Source: an uncultured Romboutsia sp.
Lineage (GTDB): Bacteria > Bacillota > Clostridia > Peptostreptococcales > Peptostreptococcaceae
NCBI GenBank assembly: GCA_937907205.1
Contig: CALESE010000085.1
Coordinates: forward strand, 1-59,242
DNA length: 59,242 nt
Direction: 5' to 3'
The notes under the pieces are model-generated. The model ran no database searches. It worked only from the letters and a program-made list of their open reading frames with translations, and was not told the origin of the DNA. Both the position numbers and the translations under genes were made by a program. Below are positions 8,895-17,776 of this stretch, piece after piece (positions within the stretch are counted from its first letter, which is position 1; the number at the start of each line of letters is the position of its first letter).

Positions 8895-9851
8895 CTATTT
8901 AATAGAATGTAAATATTCTCTACTATCAAGTTGAGCCTTACATGTTTTTACTTGACATCCATTCATATTAACTACACACGCACCACATATACCCTCACCA
9001 CAGCAGATTAAATTGTTATTTGATATAGCAAATTTTATATTTTTATCTACACTGTCAACTATATTCATAACATCTTTACTAAATCCAACTGATGCACCAC
9101 TATATACAAATGATAGATTTTCTCGTCTTATATAATCAGCTATTAAATCTTTATCTTTTCTAAGATTTATATCGTTTATATTAACTCCCATATTTAATAT
9201 TTTTTCTTTTACAATATCTAAAACTCCACCCTTAGTATTTAAAAATACTTCTACATGATTATTATTTTTTATAAGTCTTTTAATAACATTAATAGAATTT
9301 ACTTGTGATAGACCATTTAAAATAACTACACAATTTTGACTCATATTTGATTTAACTTCTTTTATTCCAAATATACCATTAAAATATGGTGCTTTTACAA
9401 AAACTTTATCAGATTTAACTATTGGTTTAGTTTTTACTCCTCTAGGATGAACAATAACTTCAAGTATATTATTTTCTTCATCTATATCCATAACTGATAT
9501 AGGAACATTAAACATAGTATTTTCCTTATTTTTATCTTTTAAAAATACATAGGCTCCTGGCTCACACAAATCTTTTGTCATACATTTTGGTATTTGAATT
9601 TTTATTAGATATAAATCTATACCTATTTCTTCACTATCTAAAATATCACATAGTACTTCTTTTCTTTCATTGACTCCTGAAATTTTATCATGTTGTAACT
9701 GATTATAAATACAAACGCCCTGCCATTTACAATCACAAACTTTTTCTCCTCGTATTAAGCTACATTTTATACAATCACCACTATAAGCAAGATGACATGG
9801 ACAGTATCTACCTCCTGCATCGGCACAAAATTGAATATTAGATTTTTTCAA
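8895..9851 (-). CDS. Sulfide/dihydroorotate dehydrogenase-like FAD/NAD-binding Fe-S electron-transfer protein (PyrK-like)
   Basis: PGAYVFL..PISVMD FAD-binding beta-barrel; C-terminal CCGEGICGAC..C 2Fe-2S motif; Cys-rich N-terminus; start TTG 9851 or GTG 9860. Confidence 0.8.
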   Translation of the reverse strand: MKKSNIQFCADAGGRYCPCHLAYSGDCIKCSLIRGEKVCDCKWQGVCIYNQLQHDKISGVNERKEVLCDILDSEEIGIDLYLIKIQIPKCMTKDLCEPGAYVFLKDKNKENTMFNVPISVMDIDEENNILEVIVHPRGVKTKPIVKSDKVFVKAPYFNGIFGIKEVKSNMSQNCVVILNGLSQVNSINVIKRLIKNNNHVEVFLNTKGGVLDIVKEKILNMGVNINDINLRKDKDLIADYIRRENLSFVYSGASVGFSKDVMNIVDSVDKNIKFAISNNNLICCGEGICGACVVNMNGCQVKTCKAQLDSREYLHSIK

Positions 9852-10013
9852 CTTATCCACTTCCTTAAACTGATATTTTATAATGTCTTAGACTATATAA
9901 TATTAATTTATTATTTATTAATAATTTTGGTTACAAAAGTAAATCAATTTACTACTTCTATTTTTATCTAAAAAAAAATATAATTTATCATAAAACTATC
10001 ACTTTCAGGAGAG

Positions 10014-10652
10014 ATGCTTATGGAAAATACCTTTATTTTTTCTAGAGAACATATTGTTATATTAATTATCTTTGAAACATTTATGTATATTTGCCCAAAG
10101 TTAACTAAGAATTTATTACCTTATAGCTATATAGTTGAAAAAATAATTTGTTGGCTTTTACTATTAGAAATAGTCTTTGAGCAATTTTCATTAATATCAA
10201 TGGGAGGATATGATGTATTCACTTGTCTGCCTATTACTACAAGTAGATTTTGTGCGTATATTTGTATCGCTATATTATATTTTAAAAAGTATCAATTCTT
10301 TAATATATTTTTTTCTTGGAGTTTAGTATGTTGTATTGAAGAGATTATATTTTTCCCAAGTATAGGATTTAGATATCCAAATGTATTGTATTTTTTAAAT
10401 GTATTTTCTAAGTTTTTGCTTATATATGCCAATGTATATATGGTTGAAGTAAGAAAATTCAAAATAACTAAGTCTGCAATTTATGAAAATATAGCTACTT
10501 GTTTAATTTATTTCTCTTTTATTTTTTTATTAAATACTTTTACATATTCACATTATTATTATGTATTTTCAAGTTTTAATTTAATAAGTATATTAATATT
10601 TTTAATTTGTACAACATTGATTTATATACCTAAGTTATTAGTAGATATATAA
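10014..10652 (+). CDS. YwaF/TMEM164-like integral membrane protein
   Basis: FIFSREH N-terminus, LPI..SR.C, RYPN motifs; multi-TM; AGGAG RBS. Confidence 0.65.
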   Translation: MLMENTFIFSREHIVILIIFETFMYICPKLTKNLLPYSYIVEKIICWLLLLEIVFEQFSLISMGGYDVFTCLPITTSRFCAYICIAILYFKKYQFFNIFFSWSLVCCIEEIIFFPSIGFRYPNVLYFLNVFSKFLLIYANVYMVEVRKFKITKSAIYENIATCLIYFSFIFLLNTFTYSHYYYVFSSFNLISILIFLICTTLIYIPKLLVDI

Positions 10653-10681
10653 AAAAAATAGACTGTCAATTGACAGTCTAT
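10651..10681. terminator. Bidirectional terminator (perfect 24-bp palindrome)
   Basis: ATAGACTGTCAATTGACAGTCTAT with an adjacent A8 run. Confidence 0.8.
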
Positions 10682-10727
10682 ATAGTTTTATTTTCAATGT
10701 GTAAGAAGAAAATAAAAATCTTAGGCT
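10651..10727 (-). ncRNA. Candidate ~75-nt small RNA downstream of pepA
   Basis: Perfect extended -10 TGATATAAT (10742-10734), then a U/C-rich non-coding stretch, then the terminator. Confidence 0.3.
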
Positions 10728-10764
10728 AATTTAATTATATCATATTTTGTTATACTTCTAAAAT

Positions 10765-12210
10765 TTATTTTTTGTTTCTCGCTAGATAATATAAAGTTCT
10801 TACACCTTCTCCTGTTGCTCCACTACTTTTATATCCACAAGATTTTGAAGTTTCGCTCGTTCCTGCTATATCTAAGTGTAACCATGGTGTATCCCCAACA
10901 AATTCTCCAACGAACAACCCTGCAGTTATACATCCAGCTTCTCTACCACCAGTATTTTTTAAATCTGCTTCTTTTCCTTTTAATTGCTCTTTGTATTCAT
11001 CAAATGTAGGCATTCTCCATATTTTCTCACCTGATATATCTGCTGCATCTTCTAATTGATTGTAGAATTTGTTATTATTAGTTACTACAGCAGTTGCCAC
11101 ACTTCCAAGTGCTATTATAGCTGCTCCTGTTAATGTTGCTACATCTACTACTTTAGTTACTTTTTCATTATTTACTATATAATAAATAGCATCAGCTAGT
11201 GTAAGTCTACCCTCTGCATCAGTATTTAATATTTCTATTGTTTTGCCAGCCATAGACCCAATTATATCTCCTGGCTTATAAGAATTGCCCGATATTGCAT
11301 TTTCACAAGCTGCTACTACTGCTATTACATTTTTATCTAATTTATCTTTGGCTATAGCACACATTGCTCCTATAACACTTGCTGCTCCACCCATATCAGT
11401 TTTCATATTTACCATAGAGTCAGTTGGTTTTATAGAGTATCCACCAGTGTCAAATGTTAATCCCTTACCAACAAGTCCAAGTATTTCTTTATCAGAACTA
11501 TTTCCCATATATCTCATAACTATAAATCTTGGCTTATTGATAGAACCCTTTGCAACTGCTAAAAATGCTTCCATTTTTAAAGCTTCTATCTTTTCTTCTT
11601 CATATACTTCTACTTCAAATCCAAACTCTTTTCCAAGTTCTACCACTTTGTTGGCTAAAGTTTCTGGATATAATACATTAGCAGGCTCATTTACTAAATC
11701 TCTTGCTATTATAGTAGAATCTGCAAATATGTTTGCTTTTTCAAGTAACTTAGCATCATCTCTATCAGTGTATATATTTACATTTTCTATACATTTAGAT
11801 TTATTATCTGTCTTGTATTTTGTAAATTCATAATTTCCTAGCTTCATACCTTCAAAGAAAGCTATGTAATTTTCTTCACTTAGTCCTATATTTAATAAAT
11901 CAATATCTTTTGACTTACAATTATCTTCATTTACTAATTCTTTTAACTTCTTGGCTAAATTTCCACCTACAACTCTAGCTTTCTCAGATGTTAATTTTAA
12001 GTTTTCACCAAGACCTACTAAGCAAACTGTATGTAATTTTTCATCTATAAATGCTTTTATAATTTCTATTTTATTATATTTTCCTTCAAATCCTTCTATT
12101 AATAGATTTATTTGTTTAAATGGTGTTTCAAACTTTTCATTTTCATATGAAGTTATTACAACAATATTATCTAAATTTTTTATTTTTGATTCGTAACTTT
12201 TAAAATTCAT
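10765..12210 (-). CDS. pepA: Leucyl aminopeptidase (M17)
   Basis: VGKGLTFDTGG, KTDMGGA, NTDAEGRLTLAD, WLHLDIAG; AGGAGG RBS before ATG 12210. Confidence 0.95.
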   Translation of the reverse strand: MNFKSYESKIKNLDNIVVITSYENEKFETPFKQINLLIEGFEGKYNKIEIIKAFIDEKLHTVCLVGLGENLKLTSEKARVVGGNLAKKLKELVNEDNCKSKDIDLLNIGLSEENYIAFFEGMKLGNYEFTKYKTDNKSKCIENVNIYTDRDDAKLLEKANIFADSTIIARDLVNEPANVLYPETLANKVVELGKEFGFEVEVYEEEKIEALKMEAFLAVAKGSINKPRFIVMRYMGNSSDKEILGLVGKGLTFDTGGYSIKPTDSMVNMKTDMGGAASVIGAMCAIAKDKLDKNVIAVVAACENAISGNSYKPGDIIGSMAGKTIEILNTDAEGRLTLADAIYYIVNNEKVTKVVDVATLTGAAIIALGSVATAVVTNNNKFYNQLEDAADISGEKIWRMPTFDEYKEQLKGKEADLKNTGGREAGCITAGLFVGEFVGDTPWLHLDIAGTSETSKSCGYKSSGATGEGVRTLYYLARNKK

Positions 12211-12231
12211 ATTATTCCTCCTTATCATATT

Positions 12232-12257
12232 AAAAAGCTACCATATGGTAGCCTTTT
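12232..12257 (-). terminator. Terminator-like hairpin immediately upstream of the pepA RBS
   Basis: AAAAGGCTACC-ATAT-GGTAGCTTTTT on the - strand. Confidence 0.65.
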
Positions 12258-12368
12258 AACTTTTCATTGTAGTATTTACTTATTATTTAAAATTATAAGC
12301 ATATCTCTACTTATTTATTATATAAGAGTATTCTATATATTACCATATTATTCAAAGTTTAATAGTCA

Positions 12369-12782
12369 TTAATTATTTTTATAGTCTTCGTTCTTCTTAG
12401 ATAAACTTTGTATCTTTTCTATAACTCTTGGAGTTACTGTAAGTATATTATCCACTAAATTTATATTACTATCTAAACTCATAAGTCTTGTTTCTCCATT
12501 TTCAACAACTACAAATGCAACTGGTGAAACTGATATGGCACCAGCACTACCCCCTGCAAAGTTTGAATCATTCTTATCATTATGGCTATTATCATCATTA
12601 TCGTGACCTTTTGAATATTCTCCACCACCTATACCAAATCCAATTGTAACCTTAGATATAGGTACTACTACAGTACTTTCAGTTTGTATAGGGTCTCCTA
12701 TTATAGTATTTGCATCTATCGAACCTTTAATAGTTTCAAGAGTTGTTTCCATAAGACTTTGTATTGAATTTGTCGATCTCAT
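12369..12782 (-). CDS. ytfJ: GerW/YtfJ family sporulation protein
   Basis: DANTIIGDPI, VPISKVTIGFGIGGGE, GGSAGAISVSPVAFVVV. Confidence 0.92.
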   Translation of the reverse strand: MRSTNSIQSLMETTLETIKGSIDANTIIGDPIQTESTVVVPISKVTIGFGIGGGEYSKGHDNDDNSHNDKNDSNFAGGSAGAISVSPVAFVVVENGETRLMSLDSNINLVDNILTVTPRVIEKIQSLSKKNEDYKNN

Positions 12783-13356
12783 GTTTTATTGCCTCCTTAT
12801 TTTTGTTATATATCTTAATAAATGCTATACCTATTTTAATCAAGTCTTTTAATTTAGGCATAGCATGCACTCTAATACTAGCTCTTATAAAATTTTTTGT
12901 ATAATCTGGATTTACTACTAAGTATAACTTGTCTGTGTGAACTATATTGGCAATATTTCCATAAATAGTATTTATAAGTATGTATATAAAAGAAGTAAAA
13001 GTAAAAACCTCACTTCCATAGTTAACTTTAGAGTGTACTTCATGAATTTTAATTTTATCAAGTAATCTTAATATACTTAAAAGATTACTAAAAAATAATT
13101 TAGTTTTAATTTTTGATTTTTCTACTTGATTTTTGTCTTTTGCCTTTCTTCTATTTTTTTTATTAGTTGGTGGATAAAGTTGTTTTTCTATATTTATTAA
13201 ATTAAACATATATTTTATATAAATCTTTATACATAAATCTTTATTCTTAATGTCGATCGTAAATATTAAATGAAAAATCGATTTTAAAATAACAGCTATT
13301 AATGCTATTAAAAAAATTATAATCAATATGTAATTACTAATTCCAATATTTTTCAT
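12736..13356 (-). CDS. DUF2953/YtfI-like membrane-anchored protein
   Basis: N-terminal TM; conserved position upstream of and overlapping ytfJ. Confidence 0.65.
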   Translation of the reverse strand: MKNIGISNYILIIIFLIALIAVILKSIFHLIFTIDIKNKDLCIKIYIKYMFNLINIEKQLYPPTNKKNRRKAKDKNQVEKSKIKTKLFFSNLLSILRLLDKIKIHEVHSKVNYGSEVFTFTSFIYILINTIYGNIANIVHTDKLYLVVNPDYTKNFIRASIRVHAMPKLKDLIKIGIAFIKIYNKNKEAIKHEIDKFNTKSYGNNS

Positions 13357-13400
13357 ATTTATATTATTTTCTAAAAAACAACTATCTATACCCTTTATTA

Positions 13401-13470
13401 TAAAAAATTCGCTTCGCTTAAGAGACTATGTAAGTGAAGCGTTTCATATCGCTAAAGGCTAAATCCGTTT
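13401..13470 (+). repeat. Short GC-richer hairpin element (candidate interspersed repeat or structured RNA)
   Basis: CGCTTCGCTTA-N10-TAAGTGAAGCG 11-bp stem with one G-U on the + strand; single copy in this window. Confidence 0.4.
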
Positions 13471-13472
13471 AT

Positions 13473-13505
13473 AAAAAAAACTGATTCTTTCGAATCAGTT
13501 TTTTT
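13473..13505. terminator. Intrinsic terminator overlapping the scpB stop
   Basis: AAAAAAACTGATTC-TTTC-GAATCAGTTTTTTT. Confidence 0.8.
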
Positions 13506-14025
13506 CTTCATACTTTTCAATTGGAGGTAAATCTTCTAGTTTTTCTATATTTAATAATTTTAAAAACTCATTTGTAGTTTTATAAATTATTGGTTTACCT
13601 ATTTTATCTAATCTACCAGCTTCCATTATCAATTCGTTTTCAAGTAATGTCTGAAGAGCTTTATCACACTTTACTCCTCTTATATCTTCTATCTCAACTT
13701 TAGTTATTGGTTGTTTATATGCTATTATAGTAAGAGTTTCAAGGGTAGCTTGACTTAAAGACTTCTTCTTTTTAGGTTCAAGAATCTTTTTTATAAAAAA
13801 AGCATACTTTTTATTAGTACACATTTGATATTTATTTTCTAATTTTATTATTTGTATGCCTCTGTCATTTTCTTCATACTCTTTTATAAGTGAATCTAGC
13901 ATAAATTCAATCTCTTTACTTGATAATTCTTCATTAATTGCATAATTTAATTCATTTACACTTATAGGATCTCCATGTGCAAATAGTATAGATTCTATAA
14001 TATTTTTTATATCTTCACGTCTCAT
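13495..14025 (-). CDS. scpB: SMC-Scp complex subunit ScpB
   Basis: LSQATLETLTIIAYKQPITK..IRGV; GRLDKIGKP; GGAG RBS before ATG 14025. Confidence 0.95.
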   Translation of the reverse strand: MRREDIKNIIESILFAHGDPISVNELNYAINEELSSKEIEFMLDSLIKEYEENDRGIQIIKLENKYQMCTNKKYAFFIKKILEPKKKKSLSQATLETLTIIAYKQPITKVEIEDIRGVKCDKALQTLLENELIMEAGRLDKIGKPIIYKTTNEFLKLLNIEKLEDLPPIEKYEEKN

Positions 14026-14029
14026 CTTA

Positions 14030-14752
14030 TTACTCCACATTTTTTCTAATCAATATATCATCAAAAAATATATTTTGATCAACTATTATTTCATTTACTT
14101 TTATAAGTTCAAGAATAGATAAAAATGTAGCTATAATTTCATCTTTCTCACAACTATCTATAACTTTTGTAAATCTTACTTCATTTTCTTTATTTATTAT
14201 ATTTCTTATGTAATTTATCTTTTCTTCAACAGAAATTATTCTACCTTTAACAATCTTATCTAGCTTTTCATCATTAACTTCCTCTTCTTTAATTGACTTA
14301 ACTCTTAATATAAGTGGAAGTATATTTTTTATTGCATCAATTGATATATCTGATAAATCTACTTTATCATCAATTACTATTTCTTCTTTTTTTCTATAAA
14401 ATATTTCATTTATGTAATTTACATTTTCTTTTATATCATCAGTAGCTAACTTAAACTTTTTGTATTCTTCTAGTTTTTCCATAAGCTCAAGTCTTGGATC
14501 TTCTACTTCATCATTATCTTTTTGTTTATATAATAAATATTTTGATTTTATTTCTAAAAGCTTTGAAGCCATTGTTATAAATTCACTAGTTATTTCTAAA
14601 TCCATTTTTTCAAGCATTGATAAATAATTCATATATTGATTAGTTATCTCTATTATTGATATATCTTTTATATCAATTTTTTGTTTAGAAATAAGATTAT
14701 ATAGTAAATCTAATGGACCTTCATAAACTTGTAATTGTATATTATATTTCAT
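14030..14752 (-). CDS. scpA: Segregation/condensation protein A (kleisin)
   Basis: YEGPLDLL N-terminus; TFLSILEL C-terminus. Confidence 0.95.
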   Translation of the reverse strand: MKYNIQLQVYEGPLDLLYNLISKQKIDIKDISIIEITNQYMNYLSMLEKMDLEITSEFITMASKLLEIKSKYLLYKQKDNDEVEDPRLELMEKLEEYKKFKLATDDIKENVNYINEIFYRKKEEIVIDDKVDLSDISIDAIKNILPLILRVKSIKEEEVNDEKLDKIVKGRIISVEEKINYIRNIINKENEVRFTKVIDSCEKDEIIATFLSILELIKVNEIIVDQNIFFDDILIRKNVE

Positions 14753-14770
14753 TTAATCTCCTCTTACTTC

Positions 14771-15358
14771 TTAACTAAATAAAAATACTATATTCATTAT
14801 TATATTTCTTATTGGACTAACAAATATTTCATATGCACCTGTTAATATTAATAATAAAAATATAATATTACTCATATTTTCATATTTATAAACTATATCA
14901 TTATACTTATATGGTATAAATGAAGATATTATCCCCCATCCATCAAGTGGTGGTATTGGTAATAAATTAAATGCTGCAAATCCTACATTGTACACAATAG
15001 TATATCCAGCTATTAGATTTATAGCGTACATATTTACAGACTTATTAATTAATACACAAATTATAGCTGTAACTATGTTTGCTATAGCCCCAGATAATGA
15101 AACTAAAACATTTCCAAATTTATAATTTTTAAAATTATTAGGGTTTACCGGTACAGGTCTTGCCCATCCTATTTTAAATATTAACATCATTAATATCCCA
15201 ATTGGGTCAACATGAGCTGATGGATTTAAAGTCATCCTACCGTACACTTTAGCAGTATCATCACCTAATAAATGTGCTGAATATGCATGACCAAACTCAT
15301 GAACAGATATAGCTATTGCAATGGCAACTACTGTTGCTAATATAGTACTTAAGTCCAT
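14771..15358 (-). CDS. Site-2 protease family (M50) protein
   Basis: HEFGH, GRMTLNP, FNLLPIPPLDG. Confidence 0.93.
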   Translation of the reverse strand: MDLSTILATVVAIAIAISVHEFGHAYSAHLLGDDTAKVYGRMTLNPSAHVDPIGILMMLIFKIGWARPVPVNPNNFKNYKFGNVLVSLSGAIANIVTAIICVLINKSVNMYAINLIAGYTIVYNVGFAAFNLLPIPPLDGWGIISSFIPYKYNDIVYKYENMSNIIFLLLILTGAYEIFVSPIRNIIMNIVFLFS

Positions 15359-15443
15359 ATATTCATCTCCTAAATTTTACTTTTTGATATTATTATACCA
15401 ATTTACAAAATTATAATCAAAGTTTTTATATTTTAGTAAAAAC

Positions 15444-15473
15444 TAAAAAAGAAGTCATATGACTTCTTTTTTA
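15444..15473. terminator. Terminator (perfect 30-bp palindrome)
   Basis: TAAAAAAGAAGTCAT|ATGACTTCTTTTTTA at the dacF stop. Confidence 0.8.
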
Positions 15474-16631
15474 TAGCATACTATCAATTACTCTTTGAAG
15501 CATTTGTAAATAGCTTGCTTTATTTATATCTTTTGTACTTACTAAATCAACTTGTCCTACTAATTTTTTATCTTTATATATCTCAACTTTTCCAAGTACA
15601 GTTCCCTTTTTAATTGGAAGTGTTGGATTATCATATACTTTTATTTTTCTAGTAAAATCTTTATTTGATCCTTTTTTAAGAAGTACACTTAAATTTTCTT
15701 TTGCTACTAAGTTAACTTTGTTATCCTCTGCTTTATCAAGCGTTAAAGTTGCTATATTATCATTTTTAGTACATAACTTTGTACTTTCATAATTTGAAAA
15801 TCCATAGTTAAGAAGCGCTGTTGCATCCTTAAATCTAAGTGGGGATGTTTCTGCACCTAAAGTGGCTGCTACTAAATGAGTTTCTCCTCTTTTTGCTGCT
15901 GCAGATAAACAATATTTTGCTTGTTGAGTAAATCCTGTTTTAACCCCTGTTGCTCCATTATAATGTTTTATAAGCTTATTAGTATTTGCAAGACCTATTG
16001 TAGCTTGTTTTTTTCCAACTACCACTTGGTCCATCCAAGTTGTAAGATACTTGTGTATAACATCATGTTTTAATAATTCCCTAGACATTAAAGCTATATC
16101 ATGTGCAGATGTATAATGATTATCTACTGGTAAACCATTTGTATTAGCAAAATGAGTATCTTTCATTCCAAGTTCTTGAGCCTTTTTATTCATCATATCT
16201 ACAAAACTTTCTACACTACCTGCAATATATTCTGCCATAGCAACACATCCATCATTAGCAGATGCAACAGCTATCCCTTTAAGTAATGTATTAACATCTT
16301 GTGTCTCTCCTGGTTCAAGGAAAATTTGACTACCACCCATACTAGCTGCATTTTCACTTATTTGAACTTTATCATCAAGCTTAATTTTGCCTGAATCTAA
16401 TGCTTCACATATTAAAAGCATAGTCATTACTTTAGTTACACTTGCTGGTGGTAATTTATCATGAGCATTTTTCTCATATAAAATTTGACCTGTGCCAACA
16501 TCCATCAATATAGCTGATTTTGATGATATATCTAATGGAGCATTAGCATTATCTTTGTCATTTGCAAAAGTTACATTCATAGGTAATATCGCAAGTAACA
16601 TAGCCATAAACATACTAGCTAATCTTTTCAT
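15471..16631 (-). CDS. dacF: D-alanyl-D-alanine carboxypeptidase (DacF type)
   Basis: SVTK (SxxK), SAN, KTG motifs; signal peptide; GAGGTG RBS before ATG 16631. Confidence 0.9.
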   Translation of the reverse strand: MKRLASMFMAMLLAILPMNVTFANDKDNANAPLDISSKSAILMDVGTGQILYEKNAHDKLPPASVTKVMTMLLICEALDSGKIKLDDKVQISENAASMGGSQIFLEPGETQDVNTLLKGIAVASANDGCVAMAEYIAGSVESFVDMMNKKAQELGMKDTHFANTNGLPVDNHYTSAHDIALMSRELLKHDVIHKYLTTWMDQVVVGKKQATIGLANTNKLIKHYNGATGVKTGFTQQAKYCLSAAAKRGETHLVAATLGAETSPLRFKDATALLNYGFSNYESTKLCTKNDNIATLTLDKAEDNKVNLVAKENLSVLLKKGSNKDFTRKIKVYDNPTLPIKKGTVLGKVEIYKDKKLVGQVDLVSTKDINKASYLQMLQRVIDSML

Positions 16632-16689
16632 TAATGTCACCTCTTAATTTTTATTTAAAATTATTTTCTCACTATTTACTTTTTTTATT

Positions 16690-16887
16690 CTATTGATGAT
16701 TGTTTAGTTGATATATAGAGTTTTGATTTTGAAAATTATTAAAATAAGAAGATATTAAATTATTATTTTGAGCACTTTCTATTATGTCAAAAGCATCTTC
16801 ATAACTCATACCATAATCTGCTGCTATTTCCATTCTTATTTGTCTTAAAGCTATTTTTGCATTTTGCTTATTTAGTTGTTCATTCAT
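16690..16887 (-). CDS. Small acid-soluble spore protein-like
   Basis: AKIALRQIRMEIAADYG matches helix 1 of alpha/beta SASPs; AGGAGG RBS; SigG-like GCATT-N18-CATATAA upstream. Confidence 0.75.
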   Translation of the reverse strand: MNEQLNKQNAKIALRQIRMEIAADYGMSYEDAFDIIESAQNNNLISSYFNNFQNQNSIYQLNNHQ

Positions 16888-17117
16888 ATTAATTCCTCCT
16901 ATTAAAAATAATTTATATGTTTATTTTTTACTTAAAAAATGCATTTATGATTGTTATTTTTTAGTATTTTTATAACAAAAAATCCTATATAGATAGACAC
17001 GCTTTTTTCGCATCAAATATATAGGATTAATTTTATTTTAAATACTATCTTTATTTTTATTAAAATATTTCTTCTATTTTATATTAATATAACTTTTATT
17101 CATTATATTGTTCAATT

Positions 17118-17642
17118 TTATCTTTTAGTATATCTAATAATTACTATTCCCTCATCAACTATATACTCTTTTAAATGTAGATCTATCTTAGGATTATTTC
17201 CTAAAAATAATGGTCTTCCATTGCCTAATATTGTAGGTATTATTCCTATTATATATTCATCTATAATATCAGCCTTTATAAAGCTATCTAAAAGTACTCC
17301 ACCTCCAAATAAGAATATATCTTTGCCTTCCTTATTTCTTTCTTCTTCTATTACTTTTACTATATCACCATTTATAAAATGTATATTGTCGTAATCTTTA
17401 ATTTCCTTAGAAGTTGCTATATATACTTTTTTACTTTTAAAATCATTGTGCATATTTTGGTCATAACATTTTTTCCCCATAACTACAACATCTATATCTT
17501 CTAAGAATTTATTAAAATCCCACTTATTTTCAGTGTCTAATCTTTTATCTCCATCACCAATTATCCAGTCATATCCTCCATCTTCACTTGCTATATATCC
17601 ATCAAGACTTATTGCTAAATTTAATATTATTTTTCTACTCAT
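17118..17642 (-). CDS. Dihydrofolate reductase-like (RibD C-terminal) protein
   Basis: LAISLDGYIA, VVMGKK, IFLFGGG, IPTILGNGRPLF. Confidence 0.92.
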   Translation of the reverse strand: MSRKIILNLAISLDGYIASEDGGYDWIIGDGDKRLDTENKWDFNKFLEDIDVVVMGKKCYDQNMHNDFKSKKVYIATSKEIKDYDNIHFINGDIVKVIEEERNKEGKDIFLFGGGVLLDSFIKADIIDEYIIGIIPTILGNGRPLFLGNNPKIDLHLKEYIVDEGIVIIRYTKR

Positions 17643-17743
17643 ATTTATCTCCTATCTTTAATTATATTGCTTGTTACTATTATCTAAATTATATATTATA
17701 TAATTAAATACTCAGTACAAAATATATTATAAGATATAATAGT

Positions 17744-17758
17744 TGACATCATATGTCA
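17744..17758. promoter_or_regulatory. Putative WYL-regulator operator TGACA-N5-TGTCA
   Basis: Perfect palindrome between the divergent DHFR-like and WYL genes. Confidence 0.6.
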
Positions 17759-17776
17759 TATTTGAAAGGAAAAGTT

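Noticed and set aside
16981..17028. AATCCTATAT...ATATAGGATT inverted repeat as a possible riboswitch or ncRNA
   Set aside because: Inner region pairs poorly; most simply a terminator-like hairpin downstream of the DHFR-like gene
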